From Candidatus Bathyarchaeia archaeon (GTDB lineage Archaea > Thermoproteota > Bathyarchaeia > 40CM-2-53-6), in the NCBI GenBank assembly GCA_049513715.1, contig JBEKVV010000005.1, positions 96,001-160,000 on the forward strand: a DNA stretch of 64,000 bases. The letters are read 5' to 3'. Below, one piece after another: positions 1-8,007 of the stretch. Positions within the stretch are counted from its first letter, which is position 1. Each line of letters begins with the position of its first letter. Position numbers and translations under genes: made by a program. The notes beneath the pieces are model-generated. The model saw only the letters and a list, made by a program, of their open reading frames with translations, did no database searches and was not told the DNA's origin.

Positions 1-21
1 GTGCGCACACACACACGAAAA
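1..21. repeat. Hairpin repeat copy A (right half only, cut by window edge)
   Basis: GTGCGCACACACACACGAAAA is identical to 1485-1505. Confidence 0.85.
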
Positions 22-51
22 ACGACGCCGGTTGGAAGGGAAAGTTGACTG

Positions 52-165
52 TTAGATATTTTTCGGATTCCTGGTTCTCCTTTTGATTAGCCCGTAAGCG
101 AATATCATGAAAATGGCGAGTAGCAGCAGGCCTAATGGATATTCAGGAAGGAAAATTGGTTGGGT
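52..165 (-). pseudogene. Orphan PEF-CTERM-like sorting tail (no start codon)
   Basis: Manual translation TQPIFLPEYPLGLLLLAIFMIFAYGLIKRRTRNPKNI*: PEY motif, TM helix, basic tail; different frame from the 174-1316 ORF and preceded by in-frame TAA at 168-166. Confidence 0.7.
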
Positions 166-173
166 TTATGTGT

Positions 174-1316
174 TTAGTTCTTTGAGTCCCAAAGCGTTGC
201 TCTTGGGCAGTCGCGGTAGCCGCCTGGAACTCGGACCGAATGAACGATCACTGTCGTGAGGGCTGGCCCACCGGGGTCAGTAACCGTGCCGCTGGCTGAT
301 GCGGTGAAGGTTAACGTGATAATGGTTCGAGTGGAATCAAGCGATGCTGATGGATACTGAGTCCACACACCAGACTGAAACTTCCAATACGAGAAAGACC
401 CCGCGGGAAGCGCGCTGGGCAACGTTATCGTTACCGTAACAGTTCCCCCAGCTCGGAGGCCTGAGATTGTGAAGGAGAATAAACCATCAGGAAACGTTAA
501 CCCCGCAGGAGGAGCAGGCGAAACACTCGACACAGCTGTTGACGTCAAGCTTGTGAACGCACCAAGATCGCTGCTGAATGAGGCGGTACCTGAGACGCTG
601 CTACCAGAAGCAGTCGGCACCTGAGTCGGACACGGAGACTCAGTCACAACCGTCCCAGGAACCAAAGCGATACCCCCAACAACCACCGCCCCACACTTCT
701 CAACGAAGACGCCACTATTTGTAAGTTCGACCCCTGTGAAGTCGAGGGAGTTGACGTTCACGAAAGTCCCCCCAGCATCAATGTGAATTGAAGTGGGGCT
801 TGCGTCTACGAGAGATGCGTTGTTTACGACGTTGCCCGCGATGTTGAGCACACCATAAATGTCAGCTCTCGGAAGAACAGCTGCTGGTGTGAAGCCTGCC
901 ACCCCTATTAGCCCACCTCCAATGATACCGGGTAAGGTCGGTGCTGGCGTGTGAGATTTGATTGTCAAGGTACATGTTGAGCTGCATGTAAGAGCCGTGC
1001 TAGGGCCGACGAGAATGCTGTGTACTGTCTGAACGCTGCTTATCGTAACTGTGTAACCGGCTAAATTAGGATAAATTAGGTACACATCGTCCGAAGCGGT
1101 AGGTAGCCGTCCTGCTGGAGGGAATCCAATTTCGGGGAGAATCCAATTCGCGACTGTTTCCCAACTGCCGCCTGAAGGATTGCCCCAGCAAATCGTTGCA
1201 GGTGCCTGACAGGGATTGGGTGGCACTGCCTGCACCTTGGGTGCTATGGCTAGAGGAACTAGTAACATGCTGAGAACCATCAGAGCCGCCAGGAAATATT
1301 GACGGCTCATAGCCAT
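174..1316 (-). CDS. Secreted/surface protein with C-terminal choice-of-anchor U-like domain
   Basis: Signal peptide (MAMSRQYFLAALMVLSMLL...VQA); W..W....NW...P...DDV motif; S/T linker; FPDGLFSFTISGL...YWKF...DPGGPA; start moved to ATG 1316. Confidence 0.75.
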   Translation of the reverse strand: MAMSRQYFLAALMVLSMLLVPLAIAPKVQAVPPNPCQAPATICWGNPSGGSWETVANWILPEIGFPPAGRLPTASDDVYLIYPNLAGYTVTISSVQTVHSILVGPSTALTCSSTCTLTIKSHTPAPTLPGIIGGGLIGVAGFTPAAVLPRADIYGVLNIAGNVVNNASLVDASPTSIHIDAGGTFVNVNSLDFTGVELTNSGVFVEKCGAVVVGGIALVPGTVVTESPCPTQVPTASGSSVSGTASFSSDLGAFTSLTSTAVSSVSPAPPAGLTFPDGLFSFTISGLRAGGTVTVTITLPSALPAGSFSYWKFQSGVWTQYPSASLDSTRTIITLTFTASASGTVTDPGGPALTTVIVHSVRVPGGYRDCPRATLWDSKN

Positions 1317-1463
1317 GAACTCAATCAGCCAATCGGCTTCAGCAATTAATAACACTACCTCGCCCAGCTAATCCAGTTAGGACTAGGCTGGATCAGGTGC
1401 ATTTGCAGTCTGTGCGGAGCCTGATACTGCGCCTCCTGCTCTCATTGTTTCGTTATCTTTCGC

Positions 1464-1505
1464 TTCGTCTGTGTGGTACATATGGTGCGCACACACACAC
1501 GAAAA
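1464..1505. repeat. Hairpin repeat copy B (complete)
   Basis: TTCGTCTGTGTG-GTACATATGGTGCGCA-CACACACACGAA: 12-bp arms with 1 mismatch plus bulged inner stem. Confidence 0.85.
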
Positions 1506-1629
1506 CGGAACCGTTGTTCACGAAAGTAGCACGATGCATGGTGATGGCAAGATATCGATTATAAGGGCAGTCAGCACAGTGGACATTCAATAGCTGATTA
1601 CTGTGACTGAAGGGTTGTCTTTGAGTAGA

Positions 1630-1839
1630 ATGCCCAAGTATGCTTTTCTTGATTTTGTGAGAGGAATTCAACCAGTCAGGGAACACAAGGGGTGGGGCAT
1701 CTTTCGATTCAAGCGGGCCTATCATGCAGCTGAAGGATGGATCGACTTGTATGTTGGTTACAAACCCGAACGCGTGTTGATTGAGGGACTCGGTCTTCAG
1801 TCCGTGCTTTCAGATATTGACGAAGCTGAACAAGCATAG
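1630..1839 (+). CDS. Small hypothetical protein between hairpin repeats B and C
   Basis: 69-aa ORF from ATG 1630 (MPKYAFLDFVRG...), protein-like composition; no recognised family. Confidence 0.5.
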   Translation: MPKYAFLDFVRGIQPVREHKGWGIFRFKRAYHAAEGWIDLYVGYKPERVLIEGLGLQSVLSDIDEAEQA

Positions 1840-1876
1840 CGGTTGGTCTCGGCTCTTAGCGAGCATTGCATTAGCT

Positions 1877-1918
1877 TTCGTGTGTGTGGTCTACTGGTGC
1901 GCACCCCCTCCCACAAAA
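1877..1918. repeat. Hairpin repeat copy C (right arm degenerate)
   Basis: TTCGTGTGTGTGGTCTACTGGTGCGCACCCCCTCCCACAAAA aligns with copy B in the same orientation. Confidence 0.75.
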
Positions 1919-2040
1919 CTGCAAAGTAAAAGTAATCGATATTCCGTATGTAATATCACGGCGAGATACTGCAAGTTCCCGGACCAAGACAGAGCGACTA
2001 TTGAGTACAGCTCTAGGGAATGGGCCGTTCTAGGGTTCTG

Positions 2041-2083
2041 AAAAATAACTCAGATAGCTATAAAGGTAAAGTAAAATTGTCAT
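2041..2083. repeat. 43-bp AT-rich direct repeat, left copy (possible recombination site)
   Basis: 37/43 identical, ungapped, to 5622-5664. Confidence 0.85.
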
Positions 2084-2097
2084 TTTACCTTACCTTT
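2062..2097. promoter_or_regulatory. Inverted repeat with 16-bp arms
   Basis: AAAGGTAAAGTAAAAT-TGTC-ATTTTACCTTACCTTT, 1 mismatch; function unknown. Confidence 0.6.
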
Positions 2098-2149
2098 CTG
2101 CATGGCCTCGCAAGTAGTAGCAACTCGTCTCGGAACATTGTCGTTGGAG

Positions 2150-2635
2150 TCATTCTTTCTTTCTCGTCTGTGGGGTGTCGAGTTCCTCTGCCTGCAATTC
2201 TTTGAAGCGTGTTTCCACGAATTGACCTACCTTTTGCTGGCCATATTCCTTCATTTCGCTTTGTTTTTTCAGGTGCTGTTCGACTGTTCGAAGCAGTTCG
2301 TCCATGTTGATTGGTTTGACCAGATAGCCGTGGGCGCCCTTGTTTACTGCGTCTATGGCATTCTGTAATGCGGGGTATCCTGTGAGGATTATCTTGATCA
2401 TCTCTGGGGTTGTTTCCTTCATGGCGGTGAGAAGTTTTGTGCCTTCCATGTCTGGTAGGCGAATGTCTACGAGCGCGAGGTTGTAGAAGTTGTTTTGGGA
2501 TTTCTCAATGGCTTCCTTGCCATTGCTCGCCGTGTCCACTAAGTAGTCTTCACTCTTTAACGCTTCAGCGATGACTTTGCGTGTTCCTTCATCGTCGTCT
2601 ATGACGAGTATTCTGCCTTTTTCGGCTTCACTCAT
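2150..2635 (-). CDS. Response regulator (receiver domain with short C-terminal helix)
   Basis: ILVIDDD, phospho-acceptor in LVDIRLPDMEG, LTG, YLVKP; no DNA-binding output domain. Confidence 0.92.
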   Translation of the reverse strand: MSEAEKGRILVIDDDEGTRKVIAEALKSEDYLVDTASNGKEAIEKSQNNFYNLALVDIRLPDMEGTKLLTAMKETTPEMIKIILTGYPALQNAIDAVNKGAHGYLVKPINMDELLRTVEQHLKKQSEMKEYGQQKVGQFVETRFKELQAEELDTPQTRKKE

Positions 2636-4587
2636 AATGGTTCACCTCCCGTCTGGACGTGTTGGATTGGGAGTTTCAGTGTGAAGGTTGTTCCCTTTCC
2701 AACGGTGCTCTCAACGGATATAGTGCCACCATGGGCTTCTATAATGCGTCTGCAGATTGGCAGTCCCAGCCCTATTCCCTTTGCCTTGGTCGTGTGTAGT
2801 GGTGTCCAAATTTTCTCCAGCATGTCTTGGGGAATTCCAAAGCCTGTGTCGCGGACGGATATCGACGCCTCTTGTTGTGTATTCATGCTGGAGATCGACA
2901 ATTTTCCGCCTTCCGGCATTGCGTCGATAGCGTTCTGAATAAGGTTTGTAAGTACACGTTTGATCTTGGGTTCATCTGCGAGAATCTCTGGTGCATCAGC
3001 TGTCGTGTCCTCTATTGTGATGTTGTTTGGAATCTTAATATCGGTAAGCGTCTGTCTTACGAGCGATTTTGGTGTGGTTGGCAGTGGTTGGAGTTGCATT
3101 TCTCTTGAGAACTCCAACAGGTCGTTGATGATTCCATTTGCGTATTGAACTCCGTTGTCTATGACTGCCAGCATCTCTTTCGTGGAGGGGTCGGGTGCGT
3201 TTCGGAGATGTCTTCTTATGTTGTAGGCGGCTCCGGCTATTCCTTGCAGCGGGTTGCGAAGGTCGTGTCCAACCATCGCAGCAGTCTCACCGATACTTGC
3301 CAGTCGTTGAGATTCAGCGAGCTGCGCCTCCAGTTTCTTACGTTCGGTGATGTCAATGAAGCTTTCAAGTAGATGCTCCTGCCCACCCAGAACGATGCGA
3401 CGAACGCTTTTCATAACGGGGGTCGTCTTCCCGTTAACCCGGAGGAACACTCTTTCCGCATGGTCGATAGTTTGTCCGAGGTCTGTAATCGGGCAGCGTC
3501 CTTCCTCAGCCGGACACACGTACTTATAACATCTTGAGCCGACAATTTGCTCTATCGGAGCGCCAGCCATCTCAATGGCGGTAGTATTGGCGTCAACGAT
3601 CACATGTGTTTTCGGATCTATTATCATGATGCCGGTCCTCACTGAATCGAACATGGTCCTTAGCCTCTTTTCGCTCTCCCCCAACTTCTCCTCGCTTTCC
3701 CGCAGTTTCTTGGTTCTCTCATCCACCAACTCCTCCAAGTGCAGCGAGTACTGCTTCAGTTCCTCTTCCAACCGTTTACGTTCAGTGACGTCGCGGAGTA
3801 TTCCTTCATGGTAAATGACGTTTCCCTGTTCGTCGTGAACGTAACGACCATGGTCTTCGACCCAGACCTCGGATCCATCCTTTCGACGCATCCGGTATAC
3901 TTCCACTTCTTCCTGACCTGTATCCAGAACATGGCTTCCACGTTCTTCGAGTGAGAAATACAGTTCCTTCTTGATGTCCGTAATGTCCAACATTTCCTGC
4001 TTGCTCGAATACCCGAACATCTTCACAAAAGCAGGACTAACGTCGACAAATCGACCCTCGTGCGTGCTACGGTACATTCCATCCAGCATCCGATCGAAGA
4101 GAGACTGGTAGCGTTCTACCGATCGACGAAGTTTCTCTTCCGCCCTCTTGCGTTCGGTGATGTCGACTCCCATGACAAGAAAACTCCGTTGCCCTTCTTC
4201 TTCGAGTACAAGTTGTTTTGGTGGAAACAATAGGGTGCGGGTCGAGCCGTCCTTGCTTCGGAACACCACCTCAAACTCTGAGGCTGCTCCGTCAATCAAT
4301 GCGGCCCGTATTTGTGCAGCTGCTTTTTTCCTCTGGTCTGGGACAACGAAGTCCAACACATTCTTGCCGACGATCTCATCCCTTAAGGCGCCCGACATTT
4401 CGAGAAGCGCGTTGTTGGCATCTATTACTTTTCCGTCTGCGCCGAGCATCAACATGGCCGCTGAGCCGTCTTCACAAAGATACTTGTATTTCCGCTCAGG
4501 ATTCAACAGCAGCGGTCGCGACTTAATCGACCTGCCCTTGGTTAGATTTCTTTTCGTCATTTTTCTCGTCTTTTTCGCAATCAACAC
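2632..4587 (-). CDS. Cytoplasmic multi-PAS sensor histidine kinase
   Basis: Three PAS/PAC ends (DITERK/DVTERK); H-box VGHDLRNPL; NLIQNAIDA, DTGFGI, GIGLGL, GKGTTF. Confidence 0.95.
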   Translation of the reverse strand: MLIAKKTRKMTKRNLTKGRSIKSRPLLLNPERKYKYLCEDGSAAMLMLGADGKVIDANNALLEMSGALRDEIVGKNVLDFVVPDQRKKAAAQIRAALIDGAASEFEVVFRSKDGSTRTLLFPPKQLVLEEEGQRSFLVMGVDITERKRAEEKLRRSVERYQSLFDRMLDGMYRSTHEGRFVDVSPAFVKMFGYSSKQEMLDITDIKKELYFSLEERGSHVLDTGQEEVEVYRMRRKDGSEVWVEDHGRYVHDEQGNVIYHEGILRDVTERKRLEEELKQYSLHLEELVDERTKKLRESEEKLGESEKRLRTMFDSVRTGIMIIDPKTHVIVDANTTAIEMAGAPIEQIVGSRCYKYVCPAEEGRCPITDLGQTIDHAERVFLRVNGKTTPVMKSVRRIVLGGQEHLLESFIDITERKKLEAQLAESQRLASIGETAAMVGHDLRNPLQGIAGAAYNIRRHLRNAPDPSTKEMLAVIDNGVQYANGIINDLLEFSREMQLQPLPTTPKSLVRQTLTDIKIPNNITIEDTTADAPEILADEPKIKRVLTNLIQNAIDAMPEGGKLSISSMNTQQEASISVRDTGFGIPQDMLEKIWTPLHTTKAKGIGLGLPICRRIIEAHGGTISVESTVGKGTTFTLKLPIQHVQTGGEPL

Positions 4588-4597
4588 ATGTACCCGG

Positions 4598-4969
4598 CTA
4601 CTTGGATGATGAGTTCTGCAGCTTCATCTTCGCCTCGTCAACATATTCGAGCAAAGTGCGACTCGGATTGCCTGTGAACTCGAGCCCCAATTTGAGGTAA
4701 AATTCTCTGGCGACAGCCTTGGTTATGGTCTGAGCACTGGTGCCAAAAATCTTCTCTAGAGCAGTGAATAGGGTGTCAAGTCTGTAAGGGACCTCATCCC
4801 TCGAAATGGAGTAAATTGTTTGTAGATGGGCATATAGCGCATCAACCACCGCTCGACTAAGTAGATCAGTCATGGTCTCGTCTATGGATTCGACCAAGAC
4901 ATCGTTGAACTCTCTGCCGAGTTGTGATTGTCGCAATTCAATCAGCGGATCTTGAAGGCCTCTATGCAT
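4598..4969 (-). CDS. Small archaeal signalling-associated protein (DUF3227/NitrOD-like)
   Basis: LVESIDETM...LYAHL...F..ALEKIFG pattern; sits in a kinase operon. Confidence 0.55.
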   Translation of the reverse strand: MHRGLQDPLIELRQSQLGREFNDVLVESIDETMTDLLSRAVVDALYAHLQTIYSISRDEVPYRLDTLFTALEKIFGTSAQTITKAVAREFYLKLGLEFTGNPSRTLLEYVDEAKMKLQNSSSK

Positions 4970-4984
4970 CAGCGCCTGAGAGGT

Positions 4985-5146
4985 TTATTCCTCGATCTTC
5001 ACCGTGCCTCGCTTTACCAGAATCCTATCGTGGTCTTTGATGAACACTATTAGGTCGCCGTTGTTGGCCCTGAGGAATTCTCTTACAAATTTCGGCAGCG
5101 TCAATTGATATTTTCCTGTAATAGTAGACTTGCCCACAACTTCCAT
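4985..5146 (-). CDS. AbrB/MazE/SpoVT-family DNA-binding protein
   Basis: STITGKYQLTLPKFVREFL...GDLIVF; start moved to ATG 5146. Confidence 0.85.
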   Translation of the reverse strand: MEVVGKSTITGKYQLTLPKFVREFLRANNGDLIVFIKDHDRILVKRGTVKIEE

Positions 5147-5258
5147 GGAATCACGCCTACATGGAAACATGGAATACGTGGTCTTAGGCAGTCTGTTACT
5201 GGCAACAGGGCCGTTTGGTAACAACCCAAGCAAACGTGGAAAAGCCTTCGAAAACGGC

Positions 5259-5450
5259 TCAAAATGAGCTTAGTAACCCTTGCTTCATGACTTCGTAGAG
5301 TGCTTCATCAATCAATTTCGACAGGTCGAACTTCCAGAGTTCTTTCTCAGTGAAGCCTGTTACGGCCATGAGCTCTCTCTTGAAGGCCTCATGCATCTTC
5401 TCTTCCCTTACCTCTGACTTGATGGTTAGCAGGCAATCTTGAGAAACTGT
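5259..5450 (-). pseudogene. Probable C-terminal remnant of an archaeal site-specific (tyrosine) integrase
   Basis: Stop-to-stop frame TVSQDCLLTIKSEVREEKMHEAFKRELMAVTGFTEKELWKFDLSKLIDEALYEVMKQGLLSSF*; resembles, from recall, the post-catalytic tail of archaeal integrases; no catalytic residues present. Confidence 0.45.
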
Positions 5451-5621
5451 CTAGAAATCAGCAGTTTTCCGAAGCAGGTTACAGTGTCGTTGTGGTAGTG
5501 TGCTGGAGATTCGAGCGAACTTATTCAAAAAAAGTTAGGGAGAAGTAGCGTTCACTTCTCTTTCCGGGAACCGAGACCCGTTTAATCTTCAAACCTTGGT
5601 CCAAGTTGCTCAGAAATGCTC

Positions 5622-5664
5622 AAAAATAACTTAGATACCTATAAAGTTATAGTAAAAGTGGCAT
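5622..5664. repeat. 43-bp AT-rich direct repeat, right copy, abutting moxR stop codon
   Basis: AAAAATAACTTAGATACCTATAAAGTTATAGTAAAAGTGGCAT matches 2041-2083. Confidence 0.85.
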
Positions 5665-6614
5665 CAGTCCACCCTAGGAACTGGGGTCCTTCTCAAAATC
5701 TCGGTTACAATTGCGTTTGCATCGAACCCTCGAACCCATGAAGCCGCCTTAGGGATAATTCGGTGAGCTAACGCCTCAACAGATATTGATTTCACATCAT
5801 CGGGAAGAACATAGTCTCGTCCGTAAAACGCGGCATTTGCCCTCGCCAGCTTGAGCAGAGCAAGGGATCCCCTCGGACTGGCGCCCACCTCAACTTGAGA
5901 GTGGGTTCTTGTCTCACGTACAATCTCCGTGATATAGGAAAGCACATCATCTTCAACATGAATCTCTTCCACCGCGTGTTGCATTTCGACAACAGTTGCT
6001 GGATTTACGACGACGCCAACATTGAAGTCGTCCCGCTTGCGTTCGATGCGTCTTTTGAGTATTTCAAGCTCGTCTCGGCTCTCCGGATACCCGACTCCGA
6101 GCTTCATTATGAACCGGTCAAGTTGAGCTTCGGGCAGCTGGTAAACGCCCTCAAACTCAATCGGGTTCTGCGTGGCTAGAACGATGAATGGGTCTTCGAG
6201 TCTATGCGTTTTACCGTCAAGGGTGGTTTGACGTTCCTCCATTGCTTCAAGCAGTGCGGCCTGCGTCTTGGGAGGACTTCTGTTTATCTCATCAGCCAGC
6301 AGGATGTTTGTGAAAATCGGCCCCTTTCTGAGTTCAAAGTCACCCGTCTTCTGGTTATAGATGTAGATGCCAGTAATGTCGGCTGGGAGTAAGTCCGGTG
6401 TGAATTGGACCCTAAGAAACTTGCACCCAGTTGCGGCGGCGAGACTCCTAGCGATCATAGTCTTCGCCAGGCCCGGATAGTCCTCGATGAGTAAATGTGA
6501 GTTCGCAAGAACGCCGAGCAGGATTTTCCTAAGAACCTCTTCTTTCCCTACAATGACCTTGCCCAGTTCACTTTGAATTTGCTTACACTTTTGGGAAACA
6601 GCTTCGGTGTTCAC
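5664..6614 (-). CDS. moxR: MoxR-family AAA+ ATPase
   Basis: HLLIEDYPGLAKT, VQFTPDLLPAD, LLADEINR, ATQNPIE, LPEAQLDRF, SPRG. Confidence 0.95.
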   Translation of the reverse strand: MNTEAVSQKCKQIQSELGKVIVGKEEVLRKILLGVLANSHLLIEDYPGLAKTMIARSLAAATGCKFLRVQFTPDLLPADITGIYIYNQKTGDFELRKGPIFTNILLADEINRSPPKTQAALLEAMEERQTTLDGKTHRLEDPFIVLATQNPIEFEGVYQLPEAQLDRFIMKLGVGYPESRDELEILKRRIERKRDDFNVGVVVNPATVVEMQHAVEEIHVEDDVLSYITEIVRETRTHSQVEVGASPRGSLALLKLARANAAFYGRDYVLPDDVKSISVEALAHRIIPKAASWVRGFDANAIVTEILRRTPVPRVD

Positions 6615-7117
6615 ACTAGCGACCTCTCAATTTTGGTGAGCGTGATGTCCAGTTCGCTCGTCGACGCATTTCTCAGAACGGGTTCGGTACCGCGAATCAT
6701 CCCAATCACATCACTCCTGACAAGTTGCGCGAGGGTGTTGGGCTGCTCGTTTGCCATACGGATCAAGTCATCTTCGGGGAGGTTTGTCTTGATGGCTGCG
6801 AAGCGTATTGCCATTGACCTTAACCTTTCTTCTAAGACCTGAACCGTTCGTGATTCATGTGAGAGCACACCGTATACTACTCTTTCTAAGTTTAGAAGCT
6901 CGTCATCACGCCGTGTTGAGAGTGTGGTTTTTCCAGGGCTTTTTCTACTGATGAGCTTTGCCAAATCGCTAAGAATGAACGTTGAAAGGAGAAGGAAAGC
7001 GGCGCCAAGGGCTACACGGAAGAGAAGCTCGATTTGGCCCAGAAAAGCATCCACGAACACGACCACGATCGAAAAGAAAATCGAAACCACAAGAATACTC
7101 TTTGTTGACTCCTTCAC
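6611..7117 (-). CDS. Membrane protein of the MoxR operon
   Basis: Two N-terminal TM helices; 4-bp overlaps with both neighbours. Confidence 0.75.
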   Translation of the reverse strand: MKESTKSILVVSIFFSIVVVFVDAFLGQIELLFRVALGAAFLLLSTFILSDLAKLISRKSPGKTTLSTRRDDELLNLERVVYGVLSHESRTVQVLEERLRSMAIRFAAIKTNLPEDDLIRMANEQPNTLAQLVRSDVIGMIRGTEPVLRNASTSELDITLTKIERSLV

Positions 7118-8007
7118 GGCATTTCAACATCCATAACAAGGGCTCGACTGAGAGAACTCAATTCAGTAACCGCCAAAGTCCGTTTATCATCGTCTATGGT
7201 ATGATCACTGTATCGTGCTTCTTCAAAAAGCAATGTTAGCCCGTCCACTGACTCCTCGCCAAGTCTAAGTTTCCCGGATATGCTAGCTGAAAATTCACGT
7301 GCTGTTTGCGCAGAACCGATTTTGAAGCCATTATCTGAGAGCATCTTGCACATCTGTTTGTAGCATTTGACAATTACCTCGTGGTACTTCTCGTTGGAAT
7401 CCATTTCGGTCATCGCTTCCTGGATAAACCCAAGAACTTCTTTGCGGAGTTCCACTGGATTTTCAATCGGTCCTTTCTCGTGAGATTCTCTGTATGCGCT
7501 TCGAAAACCAAGAAAGAGTAGCACAAAGGAAGCTATGGAAATGGCACCGAACATTAAGATCGTATAGTAGTATGCAATGATCGTTGTTGGTGAGGCAATT
7601 GGCACGGATTGCGTTTGATTTGTTTTTGGTTTCCAGTTGGTGATTTGAGTGAGGAAAGCACTACTCTGCTGGAGCGCGTCGGTGATATTCTTGATAAGTC
7701 CCGAGCGAATGAGCGCATATGCGATCACGAGTACGACCGCCCAGCCAATAACTACGGCATGAAGGCTGATCTGAGTTCCTTCTTTCTTCGGGCGTGTCAA
7801 GAAAAATGCGGCAAGGATATCGATTATGGCCCTGCTGTTGATCAAGACAATAATCAGGTACCATGTTAAGAGAGTTGGAATTATGATCGGAGCCATAGCC
7901 CCTAGTAAGGGTGGACCTGGCGTGGCCCATGACACAGACCCTGTCAGAACGAGGACCAGAGCGAACAGAACGAGAACAGAAACATTCGGTTTGAGGCGCA
8001 TGATCAT
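7114..8007 (-). CDS. DUF4129-domain membrane protein
   Basis: TM segments then CYKQM...QTAREF...LTLLFEEARYS. Confidence 0.85.
   Translation of the reverse strand: MIMRLKPNVSVLVLFALVLVLTGSVSWATPGPPLLGAMAPIIIPTLLTWYLIIVLINSRAIIDILAAFFLTRPKKEGTQISLHAVVIGWAVVLVIAYALIRSGLIKNITDALQQSSAFLTQITNWKPKTNQTQSVPIASPTTIIAYYYTILMFGAISIASFVLLFLGFRSAYRESHEKGPIENPVELRKEVLGFIQEAMTEMDSNEKYHEVIVKCYKQMCKMLSDNGFKIGSAQTAREFSASISGKLRLGEESVDGLTLLFEEARYSDHTIDDDKRTLAVTELSSLSRALVMDVEMP

Noticed and set aside
1..1918. CRISPR array or canonical integron attC array
   Set aside because: Spacing is ~1.5 kb and ~0.4 kb, not CRISPR-like. ATCTAAC at the stop near 51-57 fits RYYYAAC, but copies B and C lack paired RYYYAAC/GTTRRRY boxes.
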